A stretch of 36,500 nucleotides of DNA from an uncultured Caulobacterales bacterium (GTDB lineage: Bacteria > Pseudomonadota > Alphaproteobacteria > Caulobacterales > Caulobacteraceae). The stretch is taken from contig CAISYT010000059.1 of NCBI GenBank assembly GCA_903889785.1, forward strand, positions 1-36,500, in the 5' to 3' direction. Both the position numbers and the translations under genes were made by a program. Shown here one piece after another: positions 1 through 10,992 of the stretch (position 1 is its first letter; each line of letters begins with the position of its first letter). The notes beneath the pieces are model-generated. The model worked only from the letters and a program-made list of their open reading frames with translations, was not told where the DNA came from and searched no databases.

Positions 1-726
1 GATGACCTTTCCAAGCAAGCCGTGGCCTATCGCCAGATGTCGCTGCTGCTGCGCCGCCCGCCGGGCCGCGAAGCCTATCCGGGCGATGTATTCTACCTGC
101 ACTCGCGCCTGCTTGAGCGCGCCGCCAAGCTCAACGACGACAATGGCTCCGGCTCCCTGACTGCCCTGCCGATCATCGAAACCCAAGCCAACAACGTGTC
201 GGCCTATATCCCGACCAACGTCATCTCGATCACCGATGGCCAGATTTTCCTGGAAACCGACCTGTTCTATCAGGGCATCCGGCCGGCCGTGAACGTCGGC
301 ATCAGCGTCTCGCGCGTAGGGTCTTCAGCGCAGATCAAGGCAATGAAGCAGGTGACCGGCCCGCTGAAGGGCGAGTTGGCCCAGTATCGGGAAATGGCTT
401 CCTTCGCCAAGTTCGGCTCCGACCTCGACGCCAGCACCCAGAAGCTGCTGGCCCGCGGCGCGCGCCTGACCGAACTGCTGAAGCAGCCGCAATACGCGCC
501 TCTGGCCGTTGAAGAGCAAGTCTGCGTGATCTATGCCGGCACCCGCGGCTATCTGGACCGCGTGCCGGTCAATGCCGTCGGCCGTTATGAGGCCGGGCTA
601 CTCGGCCTGCTACGCGGCAAGCAGAAGGCGCTGCTGACGGCGATCCGCACCAAGAAGGCCCTGGATGACAAGCTCGAAGGCGAGCTCAAGGCCCTGCTCG
701 AAACCTACACCGCCGCGTTCGCCTAA
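1..726 (+). CDS. atpA: F1 ATP synthase subunit alpha (5' truncated by window)
   Basis: Frame open from base 1: [54 protein letters not shown]; lies upstream of atpG. Confidence 0.98.
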   Translation, partial: DDLSKQAVAYRQMSLLLRRPPGREAYPGDVFYLHSRLLERAAKLNDDNGSGSLTALPIIETQANNVSAYIPTNVISITDGQIFLETDLFYQGIRPAVNVGISVSRVGSSAQIKAMKQVTGPLKGELAQYREMASFAKFGSDLDASTQKLLARGARLTELLKQPQYAPLAVEEQVCVIYAGTRGYLDRVPVNAVGRYEAGLLGLLRGKQKALLTAIRTKKALDDKLEGELKALLETYTAAFA

Positions 727-760
727 GGACCGGTTGTGAGCAGGTACGGAGCCTAAAGTC

Positions 761-1633
761 ATGGCCAGCCTCAAGGAGATGCGCAACCGCATCGCCAGCG
801 TGAAGGCGACGCAGAAGATTACTAAGGCCATGCAGATGGTCGCGGCCGCGAAACTGCGCCGCAGCCAGGACGCCGCCATGGGCGCCCGGCCCTATGCCAG
901 CCGCATGGCCGCGGCGATCGCCAACCTGGCCGCCGGGGTCAGCGGTGATTCCGCACCAAAGATGCTGGCGGGTACCGGTAGCGACCAACGCCAACTGGTT
1001 GTGGTGGCCACATCTGACCGCGGCCTGGCGGGTGGGTTCAACAGCAACATCGTCCGCGCCGCGCGCGATCACATCGTGGCCCTGACCAACGAGGGCAAGA
1101 CGGTCTCGATCATCACGGTCGGCAAGAAGGCCCTGGCCCCGCTGCGCCGCCAATTCGGCGACAAGATCGTGGCCAGCTACGAGGCCGGCGCTAAACCCTC
1201 GCTCGATGCCGCGCTGGCGATTGCTTCCGATATCGCCGAGCTGTTCGAAAGTGGCCAGGTTGATGTGGTGTCGTTGTTCTACTCACGCTTCAAGTCGGTG
1301 GTGCAGCAAATCCCGACCAACAAGCGGCTAATTCCCGCCTCGGTCGAGGCTGGCACCGAACCGATAGACCTCAAGGGCGCGGCTTATGAATACGAGCCTG
1401 CCGAAGACGAACTGCTAGATGTGCTCCTACCGCGCAACCTGAACGTCCAGGTCTTCTCGGCCATGCTGGAAAATCAGGCTGGCTTCTACGCCAGTCAGAT
1501 GGCCGCGATGGATAACGCAACGCGCAATGCTGGCGATATGATCAAGGCCTACACTATCCAATACAACCGAACCCGCCAGGCGCAGATCACCAAGGAGCTG
1601 ATCGAGATCATCTCCGGCGCCGAAGCCCTTTAG
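761..1633 (+). CDS. atpG: F1 ATP synthase subunit gamma
   Basis: [31 protein letters not shown] ... [23 protein letters not shown]. Confidence 0.98.
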   Translation: MASLKEMRNRIASVKATQKITKAMQMVAAAKLRRSQDAAMGARPYASRMAAAIANLAAGVSGDSAPKMLAGTGSDQRQLVVVATSDRGLAGGFNSNIVRAARDHIVALTNEGKTVSIITVGKKALAPLRRQFGDKIVASYEAGAKPSLDAALAIASDIAELFESGQVDVVSLFYSRFKSVVQQIPTNKRLIPASVEAGTEPIDLKGAAYEYEPAEDELLDVLLPRNLNVQVFSAMLENQAGFYASQMAAMDNATRNAGDMIKAYTIQYNRTRQAQITKELIEIISGAEAL

Positions 1634-3243
<1,610 letters not shown>

Positions 3244-3244
<1 letters not shown>

Positions 3245-3507
3245 TGAGCGGCAAGCTCCACTTCTCCCTGGTTTCGCCTGAGCGCGAACTGTTCGCCGGA
3301 AACGTCGATCAGGTCGATGCGGCCGGCGTCGAAGGCGACTTTGGCGTTCTAGCCAACCACGCACCGTTCATGACGGCTCTGAAGACCGGGGTTGTCACCG
3401 TACGAGATGGCGGGTCGGCCCGCGTATTCGAGATCGAAGGCGGTTTCGCGGATGTCACGCCCGACGGCCTGACGATCCTGGCAGAAAGCGCTGTCGAAAG
3501 AGTCTAA
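3244..3507 (+). CDS. atpC: F1 ATP synthase subunit epsilon (short, N-terminal beta-sandwich only)
   Basis: LHFSLVSPER...GDFGVLANHAP...GGFADV...TILAE; TGATG stop/start overlap with atpD. Confidence 0.95.
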
Positions 3508-3600
3508 TTGACCTAAATCCGCCGCAGAAATCGCGTAGGGGTCTTGCGAGATGACGGGCGGACGGTCATTCATTCGGCGTTACGTTAGGGAAAAAGAAAA

Positions 3601-4284
3601 ATGCGTCTCACGCTTCTCATCACCGCCGCCAGCATCGCGGCCCTCTCGTCGGCGGCTTTCGCCCAGGAACCGGCGGCACCCGCCGCTATGGCACCTACCC
3701 CTGAGGCAACGGCGCCTGCCGCTGGCGCGCCGCTGGCCGCACCCGAAGGTACGACCCCGGCTGCCGTGGCCCCGCCCGCGGCTCAAGAGCTCGCGCCCCT
3801 GCCGACCAACCCGCTTGGCCTGACCCTGATCAATACCCTCGAAAAGATTTGCAGGCCGATCTCCAATCAGACTGGCAAGCTTGACGATCTGGCCAAGGCG
3901 GAGGGTTTCGTTAAAAAGCGCCAGCTTTGGACCAAGGAAGTCGACAAAGCCGGCACTCAAGTGGTCGTCCAGCCGGTTTCGGTCGCTAACCCGACGACCT
4001 GCACCCTGACGATCAACCACGCTAAGGGCGGTTTCCAGGATCTCGTCAACGGTATGCACGCCTGGGCCTCGCGCCAAGATCCCATCTTGCAACTGCGTGC
4101 GCCCTACGCCTATGACGATCAGATAACCAAGATGAAGCGTACCACCGTCGGCTGGGAAGCCCCCAGCGCGACCTCAACCACCGGCATGACGGGTATGGCC
4201 TTCACAGGTCTAGCCATGTTGAACGGCAAGGACATCGTGCGCGGCATGGATCAGTCCGAATTGATGTATCAAGTCCGCAAGTGA
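3601..4284 (+). CDS. Hypothetical exported protein with Pro/Ala-rich linker
   Basis: Sec-like signal peptide (MRLTLLITAASIAALSSAAFA|Q), PA-rich segment, two Cys, host-like codon usage, purine-rich RBS region. Confidence 0.8.
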   Translation: MRLTLLITAASIAALSSAAFAQEPAAPAAMAPTPEATAPAAGAPLAAPEGTTPAAVAPPAAQELAPLPTNPLGLTLINTLEKICRPISNQTGKLDDLAKAEGFVKKRQLWTKEVDKAGTQVVVQPVSVANPTTCTLTINHAKGGFQDLVNGMHAWASRQDPILQLRAPYAYDDQITKMKRTTVGWEAPSATSTTGMTGMAFTGLAMLNGKDIVRGMDQSELMYQVRK

Positions 4285-4410
4285 TGTTGCGCCGCGCGGC
4301 CCCTCCGGGCTTGCGTATATGACTTTGTTAGACCACCCAGGCTCAGAAGGTCCCGAAAAAGGGCTTCAGAGTCTGTCGTGCTGTTTCATCTCAGCCTTGC
4401 ACAACGCCAC

Positions 4411-4653
4411 ATGAGTCCGCTGGATATCGGCGGAATCCTTGGTGTCGGCTTGGTGCTCTTGGCCTATGCCGGCGCGGCGTTTGGCAGGCTGAATCCCGAA
4501 AACTGGCCGTCGCTGGCCTGTAATCTGATCGGCTCATTGCTGATCCTGTGGTCTTTGACCACGGCCTTCAATCTTTCTGCCGCATTGATGGAAGGATCGT
4601 GGGCGCTGGTCGCCGGCATAGGATTGCTGCGCGCCGTTTTCAGGAAGCGCTGA
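4411..4653 (+). CDS. Small membrane protein, CBU_0592-like family
   Basis: Three hydrophobic segments with pattern DIGGILGV.LVLLAY / NLIGSLLILWSL..FNLSAALMEG.W; start could be 4378. Confidence 0.7.
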   Translation: MSPLDIGGILGVGLVLLAYAGAAFGRLNPENWPSLACNLIGSLLILWSLTTAFNLSAALMEGSWALVAGIGLLRAVFRKR

Positions 4654-5386
4654 TCCAGTCGAGGCAGGCTGTGGCCACATCCTCCCAGCCCGGCTCGCCG
4701 GGGAGCCAGTGGCTCATACCCTCAAAGACCCGCAATTCCCCGCCCAGTCGCTCTGCCGTCCGACGCACCGTGCCGGCTGGGCTGATAGCGTCCTTGCCGC
4801 CGGCGATAGTTAGCGATCTGACCCGGCCCGCATCGCGCACGGCTGTGGCCATCATCGGGTCCAGCCACCAGCTCAACATCTCAAATAGCGCCCGGCCGCT
4901 CTCGGGCATCATGCGGTCGTAGGTCCGCTTCTGCTCGGCTGGGTCCATCTGATCGATGCTGTAATGTCCGGTGACCATGCGGTCTGGGGCTACGGCCTGC
5001 AGCCAATACGGCCCGAGCGCGAACAGGCTGACGGCGCTGACCGCTTCTTCCAGGCTCTGCCCCGACACGCCCCAGGGTGCCGACGGTGCCAACAGCATCA
5101 GACCAGCAACAGGAACACGGTCGGCCGCCATCTGAGCTACCAGCCCGCCCATCGAATGGCCCAGGAGCAAGGGTGGTACCGACTGGGCTCGGCACAGCTC
5201 CGCCACAGCTTCAGCGTAGGCGGTCATCGATATTCCGGCGGGCGTTTCGCCGGGGCCATGTCCGGGCAAGTCGGGCGTCAGAACCGTGTGGCCGACGGCC
5301 TCGAACGGCTTGCGAAAATTCTCGAACACCCAGCTGGCGCAGAACGCCCCGTGGACCATGACGATTGACGCGGTGGCGCGTTGCAT
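4640..5386 (-). CDS. Alpha/beta hydrolase
   Basis: VHGAF oxyanion motif, DLPGHG, GHSMGG nucleophile elbow, C-terminal D and H (GGKD, MSHW). Confidence 0.92.
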   Translation of the reverse strand: MQRATASIVMVHGAFCASWVFENFRKPFEAVGHTVLTPDLPGHGPGETPAGISMTAYAEAVAELCRAQSVPPLLLGHSMGGLVAQMAADRVPVAGLMLLAPSAPWGVSGQSLEEAVSAVSLFALGPYWLQAVAPDRMVTGHYSIDQMDPAEQKRTYDRMMPESGRALFEMLSWWLDPMMATAVRDAGRVRSLTIAGGKDAISPAGTVRRTAERLGGELRVFEGMSHWLPGEPGWEDVATACLDWISAS

Positions 5387-5416
5387 GAATTCGCAGACTT
5401 TCAGAGATTGAGGCGG

Positions 5417-5917
5417 CTAGGCCTTGGCGAAGGCCTTAAAGGCCTCGACAACCTGAAGATAGACGTTTCGCTTGAACGGCACGATCAGATCTGGTGCCTC
5501 CTGTAGGCGCGCCCAGCGCCACGAGTCGAACTCAATCGTCTCATGATGTTCTAGTTCAATCTCATCCGCCGCGCCCTCGAAGCGAAAGGCATACCAGGCT
5601 TGCTTTTGCCCCTGCCAATGGCCGCGAGCCGCGACCTCGGGTGGAAAGGTGTAGGCAATCCAGCCTTGGGTGTGCCCAAGCAGGCGGACAGACGTAACGC
5701 CCGTCTCCTCGGCCAGCTCGCGACGGGCGGCGGCTTCCAGGTCCTCGCCCGGATCGACCCCGCCTTGCGGGAATTGCCACAGATGTCCCAGCGACGCCGT
5801 ATGCTCTTGGCCAGGATGGACGTTATCGGTCGCGCGACGTCCCAACCAAACCAGGCCATCGACATTGAACAGCACGATTCCGACGTTGGGCCGATAGAGC
5901 GTGAGGTCTAGGTCCAC
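5417..5917 (-). CDS. rppH: RNA pyrophosphohydrolase (Nudix)
   Basis: YRPNVGIVL, WQFPQGGVDPGEDLEAAARRELAEETG Nudix box, GQKQAW, IVPFKR; GTG start. Confidence 0.93.
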   Translation of the reverse strand: MDLDLTLYRPNVGIVLFNVDGLVWLGRRATDNVHPGQEHTASLGHLWQFPQGGVDPGEDLEAAARRELAEETGVTSVRLLGHTQGWIAYTFPPEVAARGHWQGQKQAWYAFRFEGAADEIELEHHETIEFDSWRWARLQEAPDLIVPFKRNVYLQVVEAFKAFAKA

Positions 5918-5921
5918 GCGT

Positions 5922-6845
5922 CTAACGTTTGGACATAACGGCCGAGGCCGGTGCCAGTTGCACGATGCGTTGCGGCAAGCTGCGGGCCCAGGTCTTGATG
6001 GCGGTCAGGGTCAACGGATAGACGAAGCCCGAACCCAGCGCCGTACCGCCCTTGATCGCACCCGCTTCCAACTCGCCCAGAGCCAGATTGATGGCGTCGG
6101 CAGACAGCTGATCGTCGATGACGCTGTCTGCGCTCGCCCGCATCATCCCGCCACCACGGCGACGCGCCTGACCGTCGTCAATAAAGGCCACACCGTGGCG
6201 GGCTAGGACCGGCGAAAAGGCCGTCATCGCCGCATCGGAATTGAGGAAGCGCCCACCCAAATAGTTGGTAACGCCGAAATAGCCGGCCCCGCGTGAAAGC
6301 AGCCAGTCCAGCTTTCTGGCTGTTTCGTCGGGCTTACTGTTAGCCAGTAGGGTGTAGGGGCCCGGATCATTGCTGGGATATTCGGCGGGCTCCATCGGCG
6401 CCTCCAACAGCACCTCGTGCCCGGCAGCCCGCGCCATGTCGATCCAATCCTGAAGGTCTTCAGCATAGGGGGCAAATGAAAGTGTAATTTCCGGCGGTAG
6501 GGTGTCGATCGCGGCACGAGTCGTCTGGGGATTAAGCCCCAGCCCACCGACGATCAGCGCCACGCGCGGCGCGCCGGTGCTGGTGAACGGGCGGGCATAG
6601 GCCTGGGCAACATTACGGCCGTCTGGCGCGACCACGGGCAACATGCCGCCGCCGGGACCTGGCGCGGAAAGGCCGACGATAGGCGCCACCAGGGCCGCAA
6701 CGCAGCCCAGGAACAGGAAGCCAGCACCCGCTGCCCCAAGGTAGGGATTGGTTATGGCCGCCAGCTCTTGGCTCGCACCAGACACGCGCGCGTTACCCTG
6801 CATTGGCAAAGGGCTGGCGGCAGCAAGGGCCTTCTTGGAAAACAT
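5922..6845 (-). CDS. Divergent polysaccharide deacetylase family protein (YibQ-like)
   Basis: ALIVGGLG, LPPEITLSFAPY, GHEVLLEAPMEP, NYLGGRF; conserved position between ctpA and rppH; N-terminal TM segment. Confidence 0.88.
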   Translation of the reverse strand: MFSKKALAAASPLPMQGNARVSGASQELAAITNPYLGAAGAGFLFLGCVAALVAPIVGLSAPGPGGGMLPVVAPDGRNVAQAYARPFTSTGAPRVALIVGGLGLNPQTTRAAIDTLPPEITLSFAPYAEDLQDWIDMARAAGHEVLLEAPMEPAEYPSNDPGPYTLLANSKPDETARKLDWLLSRGAGYFGVTNYLGGRFLNSDAAMTAFSPVLARHGVAFIDDGQARRRGGGMMRASADSVIDDQLSADAINLALGELEAGAIKGGTALGSGFVYPLTLTAIKTWARSLPQRIVQLAPASAVMSKR

Positions 6846-6939
6846 AGGGTGCAAACGCCTTAAACAGTCGTCGGCAAAGATGAACAAACAGGGTTAAGGA
6901 ACCCCTTAAATCAATGATTTGAGCCGCGCAGACCCCGAT

Positions 6940-8313
6940 CTATTTCGCCGCCGCCTTCGCTGCACCCGGCGCGGTTTTCGCGATCATTTCCGCCACCTTG
7001 GCCACCGGCTTGGGCAGTTTCGGGGTCGCAGCAACCGAACCGTACTTCAGCACATCCAGGGCACGAGAAAGCTGGAAGTCCTTCTTCTCATCGAAGGCCG
7101 CCGGCGGGGCCTCGGCGGGCTCATGCTTACCGACGCGCGCCTTGCCTTCTTCGGCATTGAGCGCGTTCTTGAAGCTGGCTTCACTGAACCAGGCTTTATT
7201 GGCGATATCCTGCGCTTCCTGGCGGGTCTCGGCAACTTCCAAATCTGGCGTGATCCCGGTCTTCTGGATCGAGCGGCCCGACGGCGTGTAGTAGCGTGCC
7301 GTAGTGAGCTTCAGCGCACCGTCCAGACCGCCACGCAGCGGCACTACGGTCTGAACCGAACCCTTGCCGAAGCTGGTCAGGCCAACGACCTGGGCCCGAC
7401 CGCGGTCCTGCAGGGCACCGGAAACGATTTCCGCCGCACTTGCCGTACCGGAATTGATCAGCACCACCAAAGGCAGGCCGTGCAGGATATCGCCGCCCTT
7501 GGCGTTGAAGCGTTCGATATCGCGCGCATCGCGGCCGCGCTGGCTGACGACCTCGCCGCCATCGAGGAACAGATCAGTGACGCCCACGGCTTGGTCGAGC
7601 AGGCCGCCAGGGTTGTTGCGCAGGTCAAAGACCAAGCCCTTCATGTTCGGGTTCTTGGTCTGCAATTCCTTGATGGCGTCGCTCAGTTCGTCAGTGGCCT
7701 TCTCGTTGAAGCCCGACAACCGCACATAGCCATAGTCGCCCTCCAGTCGCGCAATGGCGGACTTAGGCTTAATCACCTCGCGTACCAGTTTGACATCGAA
7801 CGGATCGGACTTTTCGCGTGCAATGGTCAGGGTAACGGTTTCCCCGGCTGGGCCCCGCATCTGCTTGACGGCGTCGTTGACCGAGAGGCCCAGAACACTG
7901 TCGCCATTGACGGACGTGATGTAGTCGCCGGCCTTGATCCCAGCCTTGTCGGCGGGCGTGCCGTCCATGGGGGAGATCACCTTGACCACCCCGTCTTCGC
8001 TGGTGATCTCGATGCCGAGACCACCGTATTCACCCTTGGTCTGGTCCTGCATGTCGTCGTAACCGTCGGGCGACAGATAGCCCGAGTGCGGGTCCAGCGA
8101 GGTCATCATACCTTCCAGCGCCGCCTCGATCAGCTTGCGATCGTCGACCGGGGTCACGTACTGGCGCTCTACCGTGTCGAGCACATTGCCAAACAGTTCG
8201 AGCTGTTTGTAGGTCGAGCGGGTTGGTGCCGCCTCCGTCCGCTGGCTCACATAGGCCATCGAGCCTGCCCCCAGCACAAAGGCCGAGACACCGATCATGA
8301 GGTACTTACGCAT
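6940..8313 (-). CDS. ctpA: S41 family carboxy-terminal processing protease
   Basis: LDPHSGY, PDZ GLGIEI, DLRNNPGGLL, SASAAEIV-like GTASAAEIVSGALQD, FGKGSVQT, TTARYYTPSGRSIQ. Confidence 0.95.
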   Translation of the reverse strand: MRKYLMIGVSAFVLGAGSMAYVSQRTEAAPTRSTYKQLELFGNVLDTVERQYVTPVDDRKLIEAALEGMMTSLDPHSGYLSPDGYDDMQDQTKGEYGGLGIEITSEDGVVKVISPMDGTPADKAGIKAGDYITSVNGDSVLGLSVNDAVKQMRGPAGETVTLTIAREKSDPFDVKLVREVIKPKSAIARLEGDYGYVRLSGFNEKATDELSDAIKELQTKNPNMKGLVFDLRNNPGGLLDQAVGVTDLFLDGGEVVSQRGRDARDIERFNAKGGDILHGLPLVVLINSGTASAAEIVSGALQDRGRAQVVGLTSFGKGSVQTVVPLRGGLDGALKLTTARYYTPSGRSIQKTGITPDLEVAETRQEAQDIANKAWFSEASFKNALNAEEGKARVGKHEPAEAPPAAFDEKKDFQLSRALDVLKYGSVAATPKLPKPVAKVAEMIAKTAPGAAKAAAK

Positions 8314-8369
8314 GCGCCCTACTGGCTCCGAAAACTCTAGAGTGAAACCGTTGCCTGACGGCGAAGGCC

Positions 8370-9338
8370 CTAATCAGGCGTTGCCCCGAGTGGGGCTCCG
8401 GACATCCAGCGCGCCGGATCAACCGGTGTGCCATTCTCCCGAACCTCTATATAGAGTTCCGCGGTTGATCCTGCTCCATTCGCCAACCGCCCGATAGGCG
8501 ACCCCGCTGCGACGGATTGTCCATTTTGAACTGAAACCTGATCCAGTCCGCCAAGCACCAAATGGTATGCACCCTTAAACTTTAAGATCAAGACGATGCC
8601 CCAATCCGGTACTGGACCGACGAATTGGACCGTTCCTGCTGCTGGACTGACCACAAGATCGCCTCTTTTTGCAGCAATCGATACCCCCCGGGCATTTCCA
8701 CCGCCGGACTGGACATCGCCAAAGGGCCGCACGACGCGGCCGCGGATAGGCCAACCCATGGCGAAAGTCACCCCTGTGCCGCCTGCGGTAAGCGGCCCCA
8801 GATCATCGATACCGTCGGCTTCCGGAGGCAGATTCTGCACCGCCAGGGCGATCGCCGACCCACGCTCGGCCGCCACGCTCTGAGCATTCAAAAGCGCTTC
8901 ATTGGCCGCCGCGGCCTGGCGACGCAGCACGGCGACCTGATCCAGCTCGGCTGTCAGGGCCTGAGCGCGCCGGGTCAGGTCAGGGATCAAGGATCGAGCC
9001 AGAATGGCACCGCGCACGGCATCACGCGCCTTATCAGGCGGCACCAGCAGGGCCGGCGGCGACTGACGCCGATAAAGCGCCAGGGCACCGAGCAACTTGG
9101 AAAGCTCGCCGCGCCGCTGCGCGAGGTCGGCGGTCAGGGCGGCCTGGCGCCGGCTGATCTGATCCAGCCGGGAACGTTGCGCAGCTTCGGTCAGCCCAAC
9201 CTTGGCCTGGTCGATACTGAGGGCGTCCACCCGAGCACGCACCGTCTCTGCCGGGGTCACGGGCAGGTTGGCCGCCACAGCGGAACTGGAAAGCAGGGGA
9301 GCCAGAAGGGCCAACAGCAAGAGCTTGGACCTAGTCAC
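8370..9338 (-). CDS. EnvC/LdpF-like murein hydrolase activator (coiled coil + degenerate M23/LytM domain)
   Basis: Signal peptide from GTG 9338 (overlaps rlmH stop), coiled coil, WPIRGRVVRPFG...GVSIAA...LYIEVRENGTPVDP lacking the Zn-binding His motifs; upstream of ctpA. Confidence 0.85.
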   Translation of the reverse strand: MTRSKLLLLALLAPLLSSSAVAANLPVTPAETVRARVDALSIDQAKVGLTEAAQRSRLDQISRRQAALTADLAQRRGELSKLLGALALYRRQSPPALLVPPDKARDAVRGAILARSLIPDLTRRAQALTAELDQVAVLRRQAAAANEALLNAQSVAAERGSAIALAVQNLPPEADGIDDLGPLTAGGTGVTFAMGWPIRGRVVRPFGDVQSGGGNARGVSIAAKRGDLVVSPAAGTVQFVGPVPDWGIVLILKFKGAYHLVLGGLDQVSVQNGQSVAAGSPIGRLANGAGSTAELYIEVRENGTPVDPARWMSGAPLGATPD

Positions 9339-9789
9339 GGTGATAGGGCGATCCGGCAAGGATGGTGGCGGCACGGTAGATCTGTTCGGCCATCATCGCG
9401 CGCGCCAGGGCGTGCGGCCAGGTCTGCACGCCGAGCGCCAGGGTCTCGTCTCCCGACAGCGACGGGTCCAGCCCGTCTGCGCCACCGATCACATAGACTA
9501 GCCGCCGCACGCCGTCGTCGCGCAGCCGCCCGATCCGGTCCGCCAGGGCGCGGGATGTCCGCTGGACGCCATGCTCGTCGCAAAGCACCACATGGCTGTC
9601 TGCGAGATACGGTTTGAGTACCTCAGCCTCGGCCGCCTTGCCTGACTTTCTGGCTTCAACCTCGATCAGTTCGGCGGGCCCCAGGCCTTGGGCGCGCCCA
9701 GCCAGGGTGAAGCGCTGTAGGTAGTCGCGCGCCAGCAGGGTCTCGGACCCCTGGCCGAGCCGTCCGACCGCGAGCAGGACGACTTTCAA
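9331..9789 (-). CDS. rlmH: 23S rRNA pseudouridine-1915 N3-methyltransferase
   Basis: VIGGADGL, TWPHALARAMMAEQIYRA..ILAGSPYHR; TTG start. Confidence 0.95.
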   Translation of the reverse strand: MKVVLLAVGRLGQGSETLLARDYLQRFTLAGRAQGLGPAELIEVEARKSGKAAEAEVLKPYLADSHVVLCDEHGVQRTSRALADRIGRLRDDGVRRLVYVIGGADGLDPSLSGDETLALGVQTWPHALARAMMAEQIYRAATILAGSPYHRD

Positions 9790-9810
9790 GCGGCGACCTT
9801 CACGTCGAGG

Positions 9811-10191
9811 TTAGTGCGTGATCGTCTGCGGCGTGGTGTGCCGCGAGGGCGAATCCACCGACCAGATTTTCTCGATATTGTAGAAGGCGCGCACTTCCGG
9901 CCGGAACAGATGGATCACCAGGTCGCCGGCGTCGATCAAAACCCAGTCGCAATGTGGCAAGCCCTCGACCTTGGCTCGGCCATAGCCGGCCTCCTTGAGG
10001 GCGCGTAGCAGGTGGTCGGCCAGGGCACCGACATGCCGATGCGACCGACCCGATGCGACGATCAGACTATCGGCAAAGGCGCTCTTATCCTTGAGGTCGA
10101 TGAAGACGATATCTTCGGCCTTATCGTCATCCAGGCGGCCCAGAACTAGTTGGTCCAGAGGCCGGGCGGAAAGGTCTTGTGCGCTAGGCAC
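9811..10191 (-). CDS. rsfS: Ribosome silencing factor (Iojap)
   Basis: LDDDKAEDIVFIDL, ASGRSHRHV, DWVLIDAGDLVIHLFRPEVRAFYNIEKIW; exact start uncertain. Confidence 0.95.
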   Translation of the reverse strand: MPSAQDLSARPLDQLVLGRLDDDKAEDIVFIDLKDKSAFADSLIVASGRSHRHVGALADHLLRALKEAGYGRAKVEGLPHCDWVLIDAGDLVIHLFRPEVRAFYNIEKIWSVDSPSRHTTPQTITH

Positions 10192-10329
10192 GGCGTCGCT
10201 GCTCAGCGAACTGCTCCGTAATAATGGTTACTGGAAGGCAACTTTATCACAAATAGCCGACGGTTGCAGACCTCTAAGCGTGTTCCGGCAAGAGGCCTGC
10301 GTTTTTCAGATGAAAAGCGCGGCACGACA

Positions 10330-10992
10330 CTACCTTTCGCCCCGCCAACGCTGGCGTTCGCGCATCGCCGTGGACGAGGCGAAATTGAATGGCCCGCGCA
10401 GATAGACCCAGGCCGGAGCCTTGAGTTGCGGCAGGATCGGCGCTTGGCGCGACCCGTGGCGGGCATGGCGGAAACGCTTTGCCGCCGGGCTGGTCCGGGC
10501 CTTCAGCGCCGCCCAGGGGCGCGAGACCACGGCCACAGGGACAGACTGCATGATCTGGGTCCAGCCGCGCCAACGGTGGAAACTGGCCAGGCTGTCCGCC
10601 CCCATAATCCAGACGAACTTAACCCCCGGATAGCGGCGTTTGAGCAGACGCAGGGTATCGATGGTGTAGCGTGAGCCGATCCGGCTCTCCGCATTCGAAA
10701 CCACCATCCTGCTGCCGCGCGCCCAGCGGCGTGCACCGGCCAAGCGGGCGTCGATGCCCGCCGTCTCGTGACGCGGCTTCAAGGGGTTCTGCGGTGAGAC
10801 CAGCCAAATTACCTTGTCGAGCCGCAGCCGGATCAGGGCGGTCTCAGCAACGTGGGTGTGGCCCTCGTGCGCGGGATTGAACGAGCCCCCGAACAGCCCA
10901 ACCCGCATGCCAGGCTTCAAGGTGAAACCAAGCCGCAAGGTGACTGCCCGGCCGGGCTCAGGGACGGATCTGGCCCGACCCGCGAACCACAT
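10330..10992 (-). CDS. nadD: Nicotinate-nucleotide adenylyltransferase
   Basis: GLFGGSFNPAHEGH, WLVSPQNPLK, WIMGADSL, SSTAMR. Confidence 0.95.
   Translation of the reverse strand: MWFAGRARSVPEPGRAVTLRLGFTLKPGMRVGLFGGSFNPAHEGHTHVAETALIRLRLDKVIWLVSPQNPLKPRHETAGIDARLAGARRWARGSRMVVSNAESRIGSRYTIDTLRLLKRRYPGVKFVWIMGADSLASFHRWRGWTQIMQSVPVAVVSRPWAALKARTSPAAKRFRHARHGSRQAPILPQLKAPAWVYLRGPFNFASSTAMRERQRWRGER

Noticed and set aside
6919-8340. 473-aa plus-strand ORF
   Set aside because: Antisense shadow of ctpA; long reverse-frame ORFs are expected in high-GC coding DNA and it has no recognisable motifs
8625-9617. 330-aa plus-strand ORF
   Set aside because: Antisense to the envC-like gene and rlmH; Arg/Gly/His-rich non-protein-like composition
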